Shown: positions 21,601-35,300, numbered from the stretch's first letter. The stretch: 64,000 bases of DNA from Balanoglossus misakiensis (GCA_040954595.2 CM082586.2:5814509-5878508), one strand, 5' to 3'. Translations and numbers: made by a program. The notes: generated by a model from the sequence alone, not told the origin.

Positions 21601-24600
21601 ACAGAGAGACAAAAGGGGGTGATTAGTTCACGATTTGATCAATTCAAGAGTCGCTGATTTGCAAACTGTTGTAGCAAAATCTGTCCGCATATAACTTCTG
21701 ATAAGTGATGTTTTCAACCTATGTACATGTACATCAAAATAGCCCAGGCCCAGAGTAAGGGTCTATTCCTCAATCGTGTACATATTTTCTCTCCTGTTGT
21801 TGAATTTTAAACGGATGAGATAGGCTCGAGTTACCTTGATTATCGCATTGCAACCTTCAAATTAAAGTTCATCTTACATCTACTGTGTGCGGAGTAATCT
21901 GAGAGTCATTGAACGCTTGTTCACTGCACCTTAAAAATAACACTGAATATGGCAGGTGGTTTTTCAGGGAGCCTGAATTGGCCGAATGTGAAAACAAAAA
22001 TAATCCAAAAATGAACAACAGTAGATAATAATTTCGTGAAATTAATCGAATTACATAATTAAGGGAGCAGAAAATAATTATCGAACAATTAGTTGAGTGG
22101 ACCTTCTTAATGGCCGCCATTTTACTATAGCCATGGATACGTCATGTCAGCTTATGCAATGGAGAAAATCGCTGTTGAGACCTAAAAGAACGTGACGAAT
22201 CCGCGAAACCAAGATACCCGAGTGGTATATAGACGCCAGACAAGAGACTTTGACGGTGGATTGCTGACAGTGATCGATGAACACGCGGGTTTGTTTGGAT
22301 CTCCTGTGCGTAATCTGCAAGCGACGGAGAGAGGGCGCCCGAGGCGAGCGTCTCTGTGCGCCAGGGTATACGGATATGAAACAAACCGCGCTTTCTTGCC
22401 TTTGAAATATCTGCGTCTGTCCAGAGGCTATCTGTATAGTCAGAAAATCCATCTAAGACTGATTTTCCACCTCCAAAAGAAATAAATTATTGAAATGCAC
22501 GAGGCAGTCTGAAGTCCCAGAATACTAAATCGGCGTAGGGGAAGATATGATCGTGTGGAGCATGTATAATATATACATCAATCAATTATTTACATCACAT
22601 TAACTTACTAGAAGGGTATGAGTCAAAATATCTCACTGAATCGCTTCGCTAATATTTTTGTGGCAATTTAAGAAGAGTGTCGTCAATTTGAATCCACAGC
22701 GCATGTTGTACGTTGGACTCTGTTTTGAAATTGGGTATTTTTAATGATAAATGCAATTCACGAATCTTATGAAATTATGCAGTAACGGCAATCGATTTGA
22801 TGATTAATTACCTTGATTACCTAGAAAGATCTGTAATTAAATTTGCATAACGGGTTAGGGTCGTCAGCTGTAGTAACCATAAGATGAAAACTTACAATAA
22901 TTATAATATCACACCATGTTTATTCGTTTCAATTTCACGCGGTGTAGTGATAACTGTGCAGAAATTGACGATGTGTGATATTACCTGTGCACTTGTATGA
23001 TATCACGATTAGACCCATGAAGGCAAATGCTTTGGAAAAGTGGTGAGAAACCATATATACAGTGATGTCTTAACTCATGTATCGAAAGACAAGCCTGTGT
23101 CTCTATATGAAGGTATTGTGTTTTCTGAACGAGAGTAATGGTGCGTTTCTGTTTTGTTTTATTGTTTCCTTGTATCAAAATCATAAACTCGATGGCATAG
23201 TTGTGTTTCCAAGGGTCAAGGCATGCATAGGCTATCCCGGTACCCGGTCAACTATACTGTGGACATTTCGCCCAACACACGAATCGTGTGTGTACTTCAC
23301 GTTAACCGTTTGACATTTGGAACACACTTGAGGGGTTTTCAGGAGGTGGCTGTAAATGGATGTGTTATTTGTTCAGAGTCGATGACGAATGTCTTATTCG
23401 CTCAACGATGCATCAACCTTGTGTAGAGTACGAGGAATAGTTAGGGAGCATTCGTCTTTTACGGGGAGGGGGGTCGGAGGAAATCAGGGGAGTCGTCTTT
23501 TAAATTCAGTCCCAACTCAGATTCCACCGACCCCTCCCCCCCGTAAAAATGAATGCTCCCTTAGCGATCACGGACGCTTGAGTATTTCAAACCTTCTGCC
23601 AGTTCGTTTGCAAAAAAGACGGGTTTTGACAGGCTTGCCGATTGGACATTAATCACATAAGCCGTTTTCCCAATTACCCGGTTTTTCGCTGTTTCGCCTG
23701 ATTGATTACGACCCTATTGCTTTCCAAATTGTAGCTCAAAGGGAAACGCGGCACGGAATACCAAATACGGCAACCGCCGCCCATGCTTGATTTCCCCATC
23801 TTCGACCGCCAAGGTCTTGCTCTCCGCGAGACAAGCGGAGCCTTACACCGGCGCGGATAGAGGACGGAGGGCAGGAACATTCGCCAAAATGAAAGTAGAA
23901 CGTGAATGAAAGTGTGGAAATGTCAATATTTGCATGTTATATATCATACGGTGATTATGGCGTTAGAAGGCCACTTGAATTAATTGGACCACCTGGGCCA
24001 TACACGGATAATGGGCGCTGGTCACAAGTGGTATGCTGATTAACGTGATAAGTGGCCATTTATTTTGTGTGTTGACACGCTTACCCCCAAGTTTACCTCA
24101 GTGAACAGATTTTCAAATTGCCATTTAATGGCACAGATCAGTGTCACTTCCACACACTTTAATCTCAATGTGTACTTTCAACGCAGTCACTTATTCGGAT
24201 TCGCTATTGTTATCGCCACTTCAGTACAATTGCATTCGACGTATCTCAGTGAAAATGTCACTATGTGTTGTATCAATTCATATGATCGTGCGTCACACCT
24301 GTAGGAGCCGGTTGTAATACAATCATCGGAGAAGTATTGGCTTATTCGCAGGGCGTCGTCGTACTTAAAGATGTCCGTGCTCGAACCTTCCAGATCGGGA
24401 GCGAGAAACTTGCTATGCGTCATTACCTTGAAATGACGACGGTCATCTGTGCAGTTTAAACACGGCAGACTCACCGAAGCGTGCGCCGGTGACATGTATA
24501 GACGCTAGTATATATGAATGTATGTATGAATGAATCACCCAGTACAGTTTCCGGTCTTCTGAATGCATCAGTCAAATCTCGTGATTTCTCACCGCCAGGT

Positions 24601-27600
24601 ACGCAGAAACTCGATCATTCGTTCGAATTATCAAAACCACGTGATACACGCAATGTATGATGGAAAACCATGACGTCATAATTAGTTCTCACCCAGAAAT
24701 TAGCAGAAAAGAGTGGAGAGAGCGAAACAGTAACTTTACTATGATAAGAAAGTCCGTAAAACGTCTGGGCGATATTGTACCATTTATAGGCAAAGGAAAC
24801 TAAATCCCTCTTAAAATTTTGTGGCTTGGGATATAAATTTAAGAAACGCAGAGTTGGCCAAAAAGGCGCAAACTCACTGAGAGAATAAAAACGAACCGAA
24901 TTAATTGAATGAGTTCAATAAAAGGTTGCTCACAGGCCCCGTAGGTTTATCATGCAACTCCACATCCTTGCGGTGACTTTCTACGATGATTATTGATATA
25001 TAAAACTAGACTGGTCTTTTTTAACAGCCGTGGCCTTATTTCAACTGTGTCAGAGAATTAGGGATTGGCGAGCTGAGGCCGAATAAATTCAATTGTTCAA
25101 TAGTTCCGGAAGGGAGAGAATCAATACTGAGCTGAGGACGCTTGAATGTGATGAGACGGTTGATCTGAATCATTTTAGGCGATTGTGTAGATATTATGCA
25201 AATACTTAGTATGTTGCTAGGACACATCTCAGTGAGTCCATAAATGATTTATGATGTCTCTAAAATGGCTGTCTGCGCCTAAACCAGCAGATATAATGCG
25301 TGTAATAGAATTAGTATTCTTGTGTCGTTACATAACAGACGGAACCCGGGAAGGCTGGTTATACAACCTTCAGCCGGCTGTTTCCTCGTTACATGTTCTG
25401 ATTCAAACACGATGAATACTTTTTTTAAATTTCTTGTCACGTGACCAGAAGTAGATAAAAGTGGCGATCGATTCATGTCGTAATCTTGTGACGAAAATTC
25501 ATTGCACCTGCCCTGTACTGGTTTGCTCTTGGTAGGAGACTATTGCCTGACCGATCGAATACACAAATATCCGTGAAACCGAGACGAACTCTTAGAATAA
25601 CCACGCCTCGTTAAAACGTGCAGCTGGTCAGCGCTTTCTAAAGAAACTTTGTTTCGGCAGGTATCGCACACGAAAGGACGAAGACACAACGCGAGCATAA
25701 GCAAACGGGAAGCCGGTGCACCCGGAATTACTGAAATAAACCTAATTAAAGGTATCTCACACTGGACAAAATTCCACCGAGGCGCATTTTTCTATCAAAC
25801 GACGTCTAACAGGCAGATTGAACGGAATTTTCTAATTTGTTAGGTTTGATACAACGTGCTACAATAACATTCCTCACAAAGATGTGATATGTTGAATATT
25901 TGGCACAAATTATATATTTTGATTTCAATTATTTATTTGCATACCTTTTATATTCCATTAGTGTGGTATAATTATAAATTATTAGAACTTGGTAAAGATG
26001 AGGGTGAAAATGTGTGATCATAAACATTCATCAATACCGTGGCAAGTAAAGCTAATTTGAACGTTAATCCACTTTCAATTATACAGGCTGTATTAAAAAT
26101 ACAGGAGATCTAATTAAATATACAACAGATAAAGTATAGGCAGATATAAAGCCAAAACAGATATATGAGTTTGGAACAGGGAATACCTTCATTTTCTGCT
26201 ACTTCAATCATTTCAGTGTTAGTAAGTGAGCGGTTTTCTAGAAATCACGGATGTTATAGATGTTGACTCTATAAAAGGGAGACTTTCCGACATTAGATTT
26301 CCTAGCCAGGACAAGTGAAACGGCGAGGAGCAATGTGATATATTAGGATTGAACGAAAATCGACTGAAATCTAGACATTACGGAAATTGGGACGGCATTT
26401 TGAAATTACGCCCAGACCTTAAGTCTGCCGCAAGCTTATTGTGGATTTCCAGAAGTACAGATTTCTGGTGCCAATAGGAGTACTTTCAGGTCGTTTCCAC
26501 GGCAACGTGTGCTACAGGGTAATTTATGGCGGTATTATTATACCCGGGTCGTCACGTGCACTCTGCTTCTGTTTCCATCGCCGCGAGCGCACTTGCATCA
26601 TTATCAGGGTTAGCTTTTCAAGAAGTCGCGCTTCGTGGCGACGCTTTCCCGGCGATCTTTCTCCCGTTGCAAATCAGATCTGGAGCGTCTTCGAGGTTGC
26701 CTCTGCCTCAATCCTGGCGTCTCAGTGTTCAGAGCGATATCCACTGACGAGAGACGCACGCTTGATCGCGTTTTTGTCTCGCCGTCGTATCAAGGGAGGT
26801 TTTTCGTGTACAGCCTATGAACTGAAAATACTAAATGTGTCTCAGCTCTGAATTCGCTGTTCGTCCGCTTGGTGCTTCCGATGCATTCTATTGTCTCCTG
26901 TTGTGAATGTATGGGTTCTGAGGCCCTGTTTTGGCCGACTACTTCCCGTCTGATCGGTTTCGATCTTGTTTTCTGTTTCCGCGTGATAACTCCTTTCAAG
27001 GGCGCTGGAACCACAGATACATTACTACTAGGGACAGTGTCTCTGCCAATCTCAGGAAGTTTGCTTTGCGAACGTTCCCAGTCTATTGCCTTGATTTGTT
27101 TTCACACAGTGTTCATGCACCTAAATTTAGAACATTACTCATGTGAATAATTCATTTCTACGTAGTATTTAAATTCAATGTTATCAATCACTGATTTTTT
27201 ACTTATTAGCCTGTCAGTGATATTATTAAACACAGTAAATACATGTATTCAGTCATTTCACTGTGCCGGGCCTTCTGAATTTAATTCTACATGTGAGTAG
27301 GCGGCGTTGAAGGTTTCAATTTTGACATAGAATTTCCAATGTCAAGATTGGATGTCCGGTGTTAAAGTTCACGATTGTAATTACAATAATTGTTTGGCCG
27401 TGCGAACGACGATGAATAATTAATACGAGAAAACGAATAGTGGAGAAGAATTTCTTTGGATAAAGGTAGTTTTTTTATGTAACAGCATTGCATGTACAGT
27501 GGAATTGTAGTCATAGAGGAAGAGTGAATTGCAGGACTACTGAATTTTAATTTTAAGTCGCGTGTCTGGCTCATGATCATCATCATCATGTGAGTGAGAA

Positions 27601-28743
27601 TCGTTGAGTTTCCTTCTTACTCGGTCGTCGCTTTACAGTGAATTCCCTTGATTAGCGCACTATTCTGGATTAGTGGATTCAGATGCAATTCAGGTGACGG
27701 GTCCAATGTTTGCGTTTCGTGTAAAATACACATGGGAAATCAATCACTGGGATGTATAGAAGTACGTGATCAGCTTTATCAATTAGTAATCTCTAAATTA
27801 AAATTTCCCCGGACGCGTCCCTGGCTTGACTTCATCAACACTGGGGGAGCCCCGTATCTCTATACGCCTATCGCGTGTCGCGGTGACATGCGGTCCGTAT
27901 GACACCTGGATGTACCGCAGAAAAATACTGTATGATGACCATCGATTGTATATTTCCTTCCTTTGTTGGATTCTTGATGTTGTGAGATTTATTTAACTCG
28001 GCACACGTGTTTCGCGGACCTCGTGTGCCAACCACGCCCCGACGAGAAGAAATACATAATAACAGTAATTCAAAAAAGCCAAGGTTATCGTGTTAGTCTC
28101 ATTATACGCTTACATCTCCCCAGGGCGTTTGAAATCGAATGTCAATTTCACGACCCTTCTTCTCAATACTCTGATATTTTAAGTGCATTTGGAAAAAAAT
28201 ATCCACGCAAAAGTCGGCGTTGGGGAATGTCATAACGGAGGGTTTCCACGAGTTCATCGCGTAAAGAGGAATAGATGAGTTTTGAAGTCCCCGCTTGTCA
28301 GCTCCGAAACGATATTATCGCCGATAATGGTAATTTATCGAGATTTTATAGCGGCTGAAGAGATCTAGATTGCCGCGCTGCTTCTTGCGCGAGCGCGCGG
28401 AGTATTGAATACACCGAGCGGCGCCGCGAAGAACGAAAAGTGCATTTGGCCGGGAATCGCAAAAACACATCGCGACAAGCAGACGCTGGAATATTGAACG
28501 GAATTGATGAAGTGAGCCCATTTCACCTGAAGACCTTATAGTTTACAATGCAGCGTAGTTAATGTGAGTGTTTGACACACCCCAACAGACTTAATAGTCC
28601 GTGCTATTTTTCGCGCACCTAGCGTCGACTAGTACTCGCTGACTTTCTTGCGAACGAGATGTATGCATACCTGTTCTGAAGAAGCACAGCTGGAAAACCC
28701 CGGCCAGAAATAACAGTTTCCTTCTCTCCAGAAGGGCTGTCAT
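18666..28743 (-). CDS. Uncharacterised Cys-rich secreted, probably GPI-anchored protein (about 365 aa), resembling invertebrate DUF7042/DUF7044-type proteins
   Basis: Exons 28743-28671, 21558-21369, 21115-21039, 20343-20122, 19908-19759, 19539-19418, 19011-18906 and 18823-18666; GT-AG introns, phases consistent, total 1098 nt. Signal-like N-terminus, then CDFPPEIRGTWF, YLCWSYIRVNRNVL, VQCPFIG, YKCIASW...NYLLL, and a hydrophobic C-terminal tail GFVASLAILFML*. Family assignment is from motif memory, not a search. Confidence 0.75.
21576..21610. repeat. Short imperfect (GACA)n microsatellite
   Basis: cagaaacagacagacagacagacagacagagagac; on the minus strand it forms the pyrimidine-rich tract of the acceptor at 21559. 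Confidence 0.7.
23444..23560. mobile_element. 117-bp MITE, PIF/Harbinger (Tourist)-like
   Basis: Imperfect ~35-bp terminal inverted repeats (GGGAGCATTCgtcttttACGGGGAGGGGGGTCGG ... CCGACCCCTCCCCCCGTaaaaatGAATGCTCCC) flanked by TTA on both sides (23441-23443, 23561-23563). Confidence 0.8.
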
Positions 28744-31243
28744 TGTTGTGGATTGTCGGTCGCCCCTCCTGTCACCTTGATCGAGCCATCTGATGACGAG
28801 CCGCTCTGCAGTACATGTCCAAGTGCTTCGCGACTCGTGTTGTTTGAAAGACTGCGCAAACGCTGACGACACGCGCCTCCTCAGGCGACTGTTCAGCGAC
28901 GGCGAACGCTCGTAAAATAAGACTCCCTAAGTGACACAAAAAGGTTCACTTTTATCCGTACTTCAAATGCTGCTATGAATTATTACAATTACACCGCGAA
29001 AGTGGAAACAGGTCGGGCTTTATGTCAGATTGAGTTCGGGCCGAGTGTTGTGTCAAACACGATCGTCTGCAAGTTTTGAGTGGAAATTCAATTAAAATCG
29101 ACAAAGCAAACTTTCAATCACCTCTGAATTGAACACAGAGGTGAAACGCGGTCAATTTATGCCGCTTCATTTCGTCTATTTACCGAAACTAATGTAATTC
29201 AGTAAGAGTATCTCTTTGTCTAATTAGCATAACAAGAGGCGGGCAGATGGTTTGAATAAATAGAGTGCATTGTGTTCAGTAAATGATACTCGAATTGTAA
29301 GTGCCTAGTATATTCGATGTTAATTTTCCAGTTTGTGAAGATAGACTAGGGATTAGAGACATTTCCGTTTTTTTTGCTTGCCGACAAACATACTGGATAA
29401 ATATACTTTTTACCCGCCGTGAGGTAAATGCTCAACTTTGACGCATTAATGTATGATACATGTAATATTCTTGGATCAATTTAAAGGAAACATTTTACCC
29501 TGGGGTGCATGGTACAGGATTCCGCACAGTTGACCTATTGAGGTCAATCGGGGATGCCTGGACGCAAATCTGAGATAATCCGTACACTTGTAGTAGCGGA
29601 AATAAAAATACGTTAAGCTCTGAAAAGGCTTTAACCATCTGGAATAGGAGGTAGCGCGGACGGATCTTTTAATTGTGATTGTGCCCGACTTTTGAAAAAA
29701 AAACTTTATTCTAAACCGCAATTCCCCTTTCACTAGAAGGACTGTGTCGAAAAGCACTATCAGCCTATCGCGACTCAAATACTAGAGAAATTTGCATAAA
29801 GCGTTGTGATCCATCTGTGTAGGAGATTGCTTCTGAGACCCCCTGTGTAGAAAACGACTTTTCGCCACAACACCTGTATCGTGACCGAGAGGGATGAGTA
29901 TCCCGCGCAGTGCCAGTGGGAGGGGGGTCAATCTTGTTTAGTACTGAAAATGTGTGTAAATTTTTCCTGTTATTTAGTGGCAAAACGATTTCGTGGACGG
30001 AGTGGATATTGACTTTAAATCCATAATTTTTTTGAGAAGCCATTAACCAGGATGTCGCGCCGTCATCTTTTTCGATATTTGTTAGCGTTGGGAGAACAGA
30101 GCACCATGACAACAGACGTATACATGTAGATAGGTTTAATCCTAGTTTTGCCTATGAAGTCATGTACTCACATCTATACAACCACAGGCTGTTGTACCTT
30201 CATTGTTGATGGCACAGCAGATATTCATTCTGCTGTTAGTCCGGAGCTCGCCCAGCGTTAAATGCGTGCCAAATGATAAAAACTGCAGATTTTCGGAAAA
30301 AATGGCGGATAAAGCCGGGTTCAGTGACATTGTTTTTCATTCAAATTTAGATTTTAATTTTCAGACAATATGGCAGACCCATTGAAAAATATGTTGCCAG
30401 GCGTTTTATTCGGGTTCTTCGTATATTCAGTTCATTATTAATCAATGAGATTGAGAATGCACAAGACAATATTATCGTGCAACCAACGTTGTTGCTAGGG
30501 CCTGCATGACGCGAGCAGCTAGCCAAACGGAAGACGTTTTTGGTGCGGAGTTAATATGTAACTTATTGGCAATCTGTGGAACGTAGCATGTAAACACAGC
30601 TCAGCTGTACACAGACGAACGGGTTACTTCTGAACTGCCTATGTGTAGTGTCTACTAGATTTTGAGAGCTGCACTTTCCTGCTTCAAGGACGCAGTGGTG
30701 TTGATGCGAAGAAGCGAGTCTTCTTACCTTCTGGCGCCAAAATTTCTCGACCTCGTTTTTTTGAAAATTTCTCGTCTCAGAGAAGCCACTCAAAGGTCAG
30801 TTAATTATTCAAAGCTGGGACACCCATAACCGATATTCGTGAACGATTTCATGACTATTATTAATGCCTTGGCTTCAAAAAGCCATCGTCTGAAATTAAA
30901 TGTGTGCAGTTACATTGATAATAGGAAGGTGTGCAAGTAGGGGATTCTATCTCCACGAGTAGAACGATCTGTTAATGACTGTATTTTGAACGATCGTCGA
31001 ACCACCATTTTGTGATTGTCAGTACTGGCTTCAGTCGTTGGTGATCTTGGAACGTCATTTTACAAGTCAAAGGCAACGACGTCCTGTTTATTACGATCTT
31101 CTTATTTTCTTCAGTAACCCTGACATGTAGGCCTGCGGCGAGAACACCTCGCCACTATCAGCTAAATTCCAAGGTGACAAAATGGCGGCCTAACGCGGGT
31201 CACGGGTCAGAGGTCACTCTATCCTGAAAATATTACCGCGATT

Positions 31244-32344
31244 ATGAAGAACACATCTTCAAAAGCTCACGGGTACAGGACTTTGAAGGGAATGGCGGTT
31301 GCGGTGGTATTTTGTTTAATCTTTGTTGTGTTTCTGACTTCACAATTTGTCAAGTTGAGAGACGCATTCGCCGAGAAGACGGTCGGATCAAATGAAACGA
31401 GATTTGTCGACGACTACAGCAGTCGTACAAACAGAGACAAAGCCAATAATGTCTCGACTCCGCTGCGAAGTCTGTTTAGCGCCCAGTTATTGGACAAACT
31501 CGGTGACCTACGCGGCGATTTCACAGGGACGTTGAAACCACACGCGGACCTGGTGGTTCCCAACATCGCCCATTACATTTGGTTCTCCTGCCACGCGTTC
31601 GAGTTTGAAAATCTACTGAGCATGGTCAGCGTTCACAGGTTCATGAAAGCGGACAAGATACTCTTTCACACCGATTGTGAACCGTCCGGTCCGTGGTGGA
31701 GTGAGGCAAAAATGATTCCCAATTTGGAGATTGTACCGAGGAAACCGCTCACAAAGATCTTTGGCAAAATCATAAACCCTGACTGGCCCGAACATCAGAG
31801 TGACGTTGCTAGGCTACAGATTCTGATGGACCACGGAGGAGGTTACCTCGACACAGACATATTCGTTCTCAAACCTCTGCAGCCGTTGCGTTACTATGAC
31901 TACGTGGTTGGGAGGCAAACATCCCGCGCGCTGAATAACGGCATCATTCTAGCGTCGAAGGACTCCGAATTTCTACGAATTTTCTACGAAAGCTACCGCA
32001 ACTACAACCCGACCTGTTACAGCTGCACTTCAATTTCAAACCACAACGACTTAGCCGAGCAGAATCAGGAATTAGTCCACATTGAAAACTACAGTTTGGT
32101 GCAACCCAACTTTGACAGATGGCGAACGATATTTTACGGGAAATTTGACTGGCGGGACGGCCATTACACAATTCACTTGTGGATTAAGCAGTTTAAGAAC
32201 AAGAACAAGGGATTTTCGTTCAACAAGGAAAACATAAAAATGTCTGACACCGCTTTTGGTGAGATGTGTCGTTATATTTACTACGGAACTTCAGAGCTTA
32301 TCGACAGTAACACTACTACAGCATTTGAATGGTGGAGAGACTGA
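31244..32344 (+). CDS. Glycosyltransferase family 32 (DxD; alpha-1,4-GlcNAc/Gal-transferase-like), type II membrane protein, single coding exon (366 aa)
   Basis: N-terminal TM segment (MAVAVVFCLIFVVFL), VPNIAHYIW, HQSDVARLQILMDHGGGYLDTD, LNNGIILA and C-terminal YTIHLW. Confidence 0.9.
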   Translation: MKNTSSKAHGYRTLKGMAVAVVFCLIFVVFLTSQFVKLRDAFAEKTVGSNETRFVDDYSSRTNRDKANNVSTPLRSLFSAQLLDKLGDLRGDFTGTLKPHADLVVPNIAHYIWFSCHAFEFENLLSMVSVHRFMKADKILFHTDCEPSGPWWSEAKMIPNLEIVPRKPLTKIFGKIINPDWPEHQSDVARLQILMDHGGGYLDTDIFVLKPLQPLRYYDYVVGRQTSRALNNGIILASKDSEFLRIFYESYRNYNPTCYSCTSISNHNDLAEQNQELVHIENYSLVQPNFDRWRTIFYGKFDWRDGHYTIHLWIKQFKNKNKGFSFNKENIKMSDTAFGEMCRYIYYGTSELIDSNTTTAFEWWRD

Positions 32345-35300
32345 ATACTAACTTATTTCCACTATGTGCGGCCATCCCTATTAAAGGCACATTTTGATAA
32401 AAGAAAAAAAACATGGCGCATATCTCAGTTTTTATAGCGAGGTCAAAGTTCGCCTCTTTTGATCACAATAATCATAAACCCGAAGGAAATTAAACTCTTC
32501 AATCAAATTTAAACATGGACACCACCATGGATACTGAGCATTTTGAGCGGGAAATGAAATAGTCTGTCATGGAAAATCGTCATGATGACGTCGACGGAAA
32601 TGACAAATTTAAGCTTGGATTCTGTGACATGTTTTGTATTTATTAAAATCGCACACATATTTTTGGGGAGACTGGCGCCAAACCAGAGCACCATACGGTT
32701 AATGGAGGTCTAGAAATATCAAGTGTGATATGTTGGTCTGCGTGCGGACAGTTGCCCCCAAAATATTCGACTTATGATAATTACTGCCCCAGAGCGCATG
32801 CTCAACCACTGTCGGGGAACCTATATTTGCTTGACAATTTCTGGCAGATGCGCGCAGTTGCACCTTTTGATATCAATCATAATCAATCAAAGTGAAACGA
32901 GATCTCGCAGCAAACAAAAGCCGGGATGATGCCGACTTGAAAATTGCCTCTAGTTATGTAACGGAAACCAGTCGGCAGCCACTCGGCTATAAAATATGAT
33001 AATAGCTGATGAAAGCGCTGCACCTGGCTAGGGGGTCTTTAGCCCAAATCGGGAAACAAAGAACTGGTAAAACCGGGACAGCAAACTACATTCTCAGGTT
33101 CATGAATATAGCAAGGTGGGTGTAGGGAGCAGTCATTTTGTGCTGAATTTTAAATGATCAGGATACAGTCTTTCAAAACATCAACGGTCTTATGCGCCCA
33201 AAATCCAGAATTTGAATACCAAGCGAACGTTCCGGCGGACACTTGTTGGCGCGCAAACTTGTTCACTTTGTGTCGTTTACAGACTAAGACGTCTGTGTCA
33301 CCCGTCAGTTTGTTGTAATTGTGAGCAACTTCACAGACACGTTCCTTTCTAACTTCATGTCGTTCACTCTCAGATCAAAGGGCATACATTGACGGGAAAA
33401 TTGACGTAATGGAAAAGCCATAACATTTTAAGCAATCATGCCAATACACCATAAATCCTGACTCCAGGATAACCCCTTTAAAATCGGAAATCAATTCTCT
33501 GCACCGGGTATTCGTTGCCAAGGAAACAGGCAACAATTTTTATATCGACTGATCGTTAAATCACGCAAGTTGCCCTCTCAACATTTTCGGAAACTAGCTT
33601 AATGTGAAGTAAGGGGTGTCGTTTTGTAGGATTGCATGTTTGATGACCAAAATGATATTTACTGACCGGGCTCTTTAATGTGAAAGCAAGTATGCACATT
33701 CGCTGCGCACTACTTTAAGATTGTTTGTTACACATACTCTACTCTGTTCCCAGTTTAGAGAAATTTCAGATTTTTCTATGGATTTCTTTTTCTCGAAACT
33801 CTTTTTAACCACTGACTTAGGTCTTGAATTTCCACTCTGAAAACTTGAGCAGGCAGATAAATAGATAGACAGACAGAGACCGACAGGCAGACAGACAGAC
33901 ACACGGACATGGACAGGTTTAGTTCATTATAGTCAATATCTGTGTTGATCAAATTTAATTAGCAGTTCTAGTGTTAAATTTCAATGGATTATTGCATTTT
34001 TTTAAAATTGTATGATTTGTACATCGCTTGTGTAGCAGGTGGAAAGTTCATATCTCACAAATCGCCGTGCGCAGTTAAGCCACGCACGTTCTCTCGGAAT
34101 ATTGCGAAAAAGAAATCTGCCCTTATAAAACGTTGACTCATTTCAAGATAACCGATTAATTCCGAGGCATCATCCGACAATATGAGTTTGCAAACCATGT
34201 CGCCTTTTTTAATGTCAGTAGCGGCGGTGCGCTTCAAAGCCATCGGCTCTCGCAGCGGCGGGAATTAACAAAGGTACGAACGGACCTTTTATGCAGTCGT
34301 AAATCATCAATCACTCTGCTCATTTGCATTTTATGATGCTAGATGGCATGATAACCGGGTATGCATTTTCTATTGCCTACAGAGTGCCCGTTGTTATTGT
34401 CTGCTAGGTTTTTAATTCATCGGTATATGCACATTCTATGTGCTTCATATTTTTGCTCAGTTTATTGAACGAGTTCCAGTGGTATAAATTTAAACTATAT
34501 AATACCATTGTTATTATATATATTTAAAATCGTGAACAATAGAAATCAGCGTAAGCTAAGAGGGCTGGCATTGTTTATAACAAGGTTCCCCGAAAATTCC
34601 CAGAAATATGACAGTGTTACTCCAACCCACTTCACTAGCCTATATTGAAAAATGTGAGTCCAACACCGCTGCTTAAAAAAATTAAAAATACCGCATCCAT
34701 GTAAAAAGGGAAATATGGCTCCACTGAGCACAACGTGTTGGAAAGCTTTCATGTTTTATTTGCCATGTATAAAAATGACTTGTTATTAGTTTTTCGGGTT
34801 CTTTGATGAGATTTGTACATCCCATGAGAACAGTGACTAAATTTACATTGGCGACCGCATACTTTTGGATGTGTTTTGTTTATTTCGGTTTCTTTGGATG
34901 ACTTGATGAGATATATTGTTCCCCTCACTGGAATATGTTTAAATGATTGGTTGTCACAACTACAGCGGTGTTAGAATTAGTATAGAATATACATGACTGT
35001 CTGCATCAGTTAATACTTACACAGGCGCCGTTCGCGACACTCTGAGTGCCTACTAGCATTTGATAAATTACTACATCAGGCCCTCGTTTCGCGGCGATAG
35101 CTCTTTATCCTTCAAATGAGTTCTTAAAATTGTACGTCCATTCAAGATGAGGAAGCCTATTCCTTTGTTTCGCTCAGAGTGGATGATTTTGCCTGACACT
35201 AAATCTCATGCTGTCATTCTCTTAGAAGCGTTGCCAGCCTATAGATTTGACTCCACGTTGACAAGGATCAATTTAGTCCCACTTTGAATTGCAACGGTAG

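Noticed and set aside
22985-24446. Extra exons 24446-24299 and 23068-22985 in intron 1 of the orphan gene
   Set aside because: They are open and phase-compatible with each other but end in phase 2, while the next confident exon needs phase 1. Splice sites are weak and no bridging exon was found.
26441-27150. GC-richer stretch with several overlapping short ORFs
   Set aside because: Stops interrupt all frames and no protein motif was recognised; it may be a decayed repeat or non-coding exon but cannot be supported.
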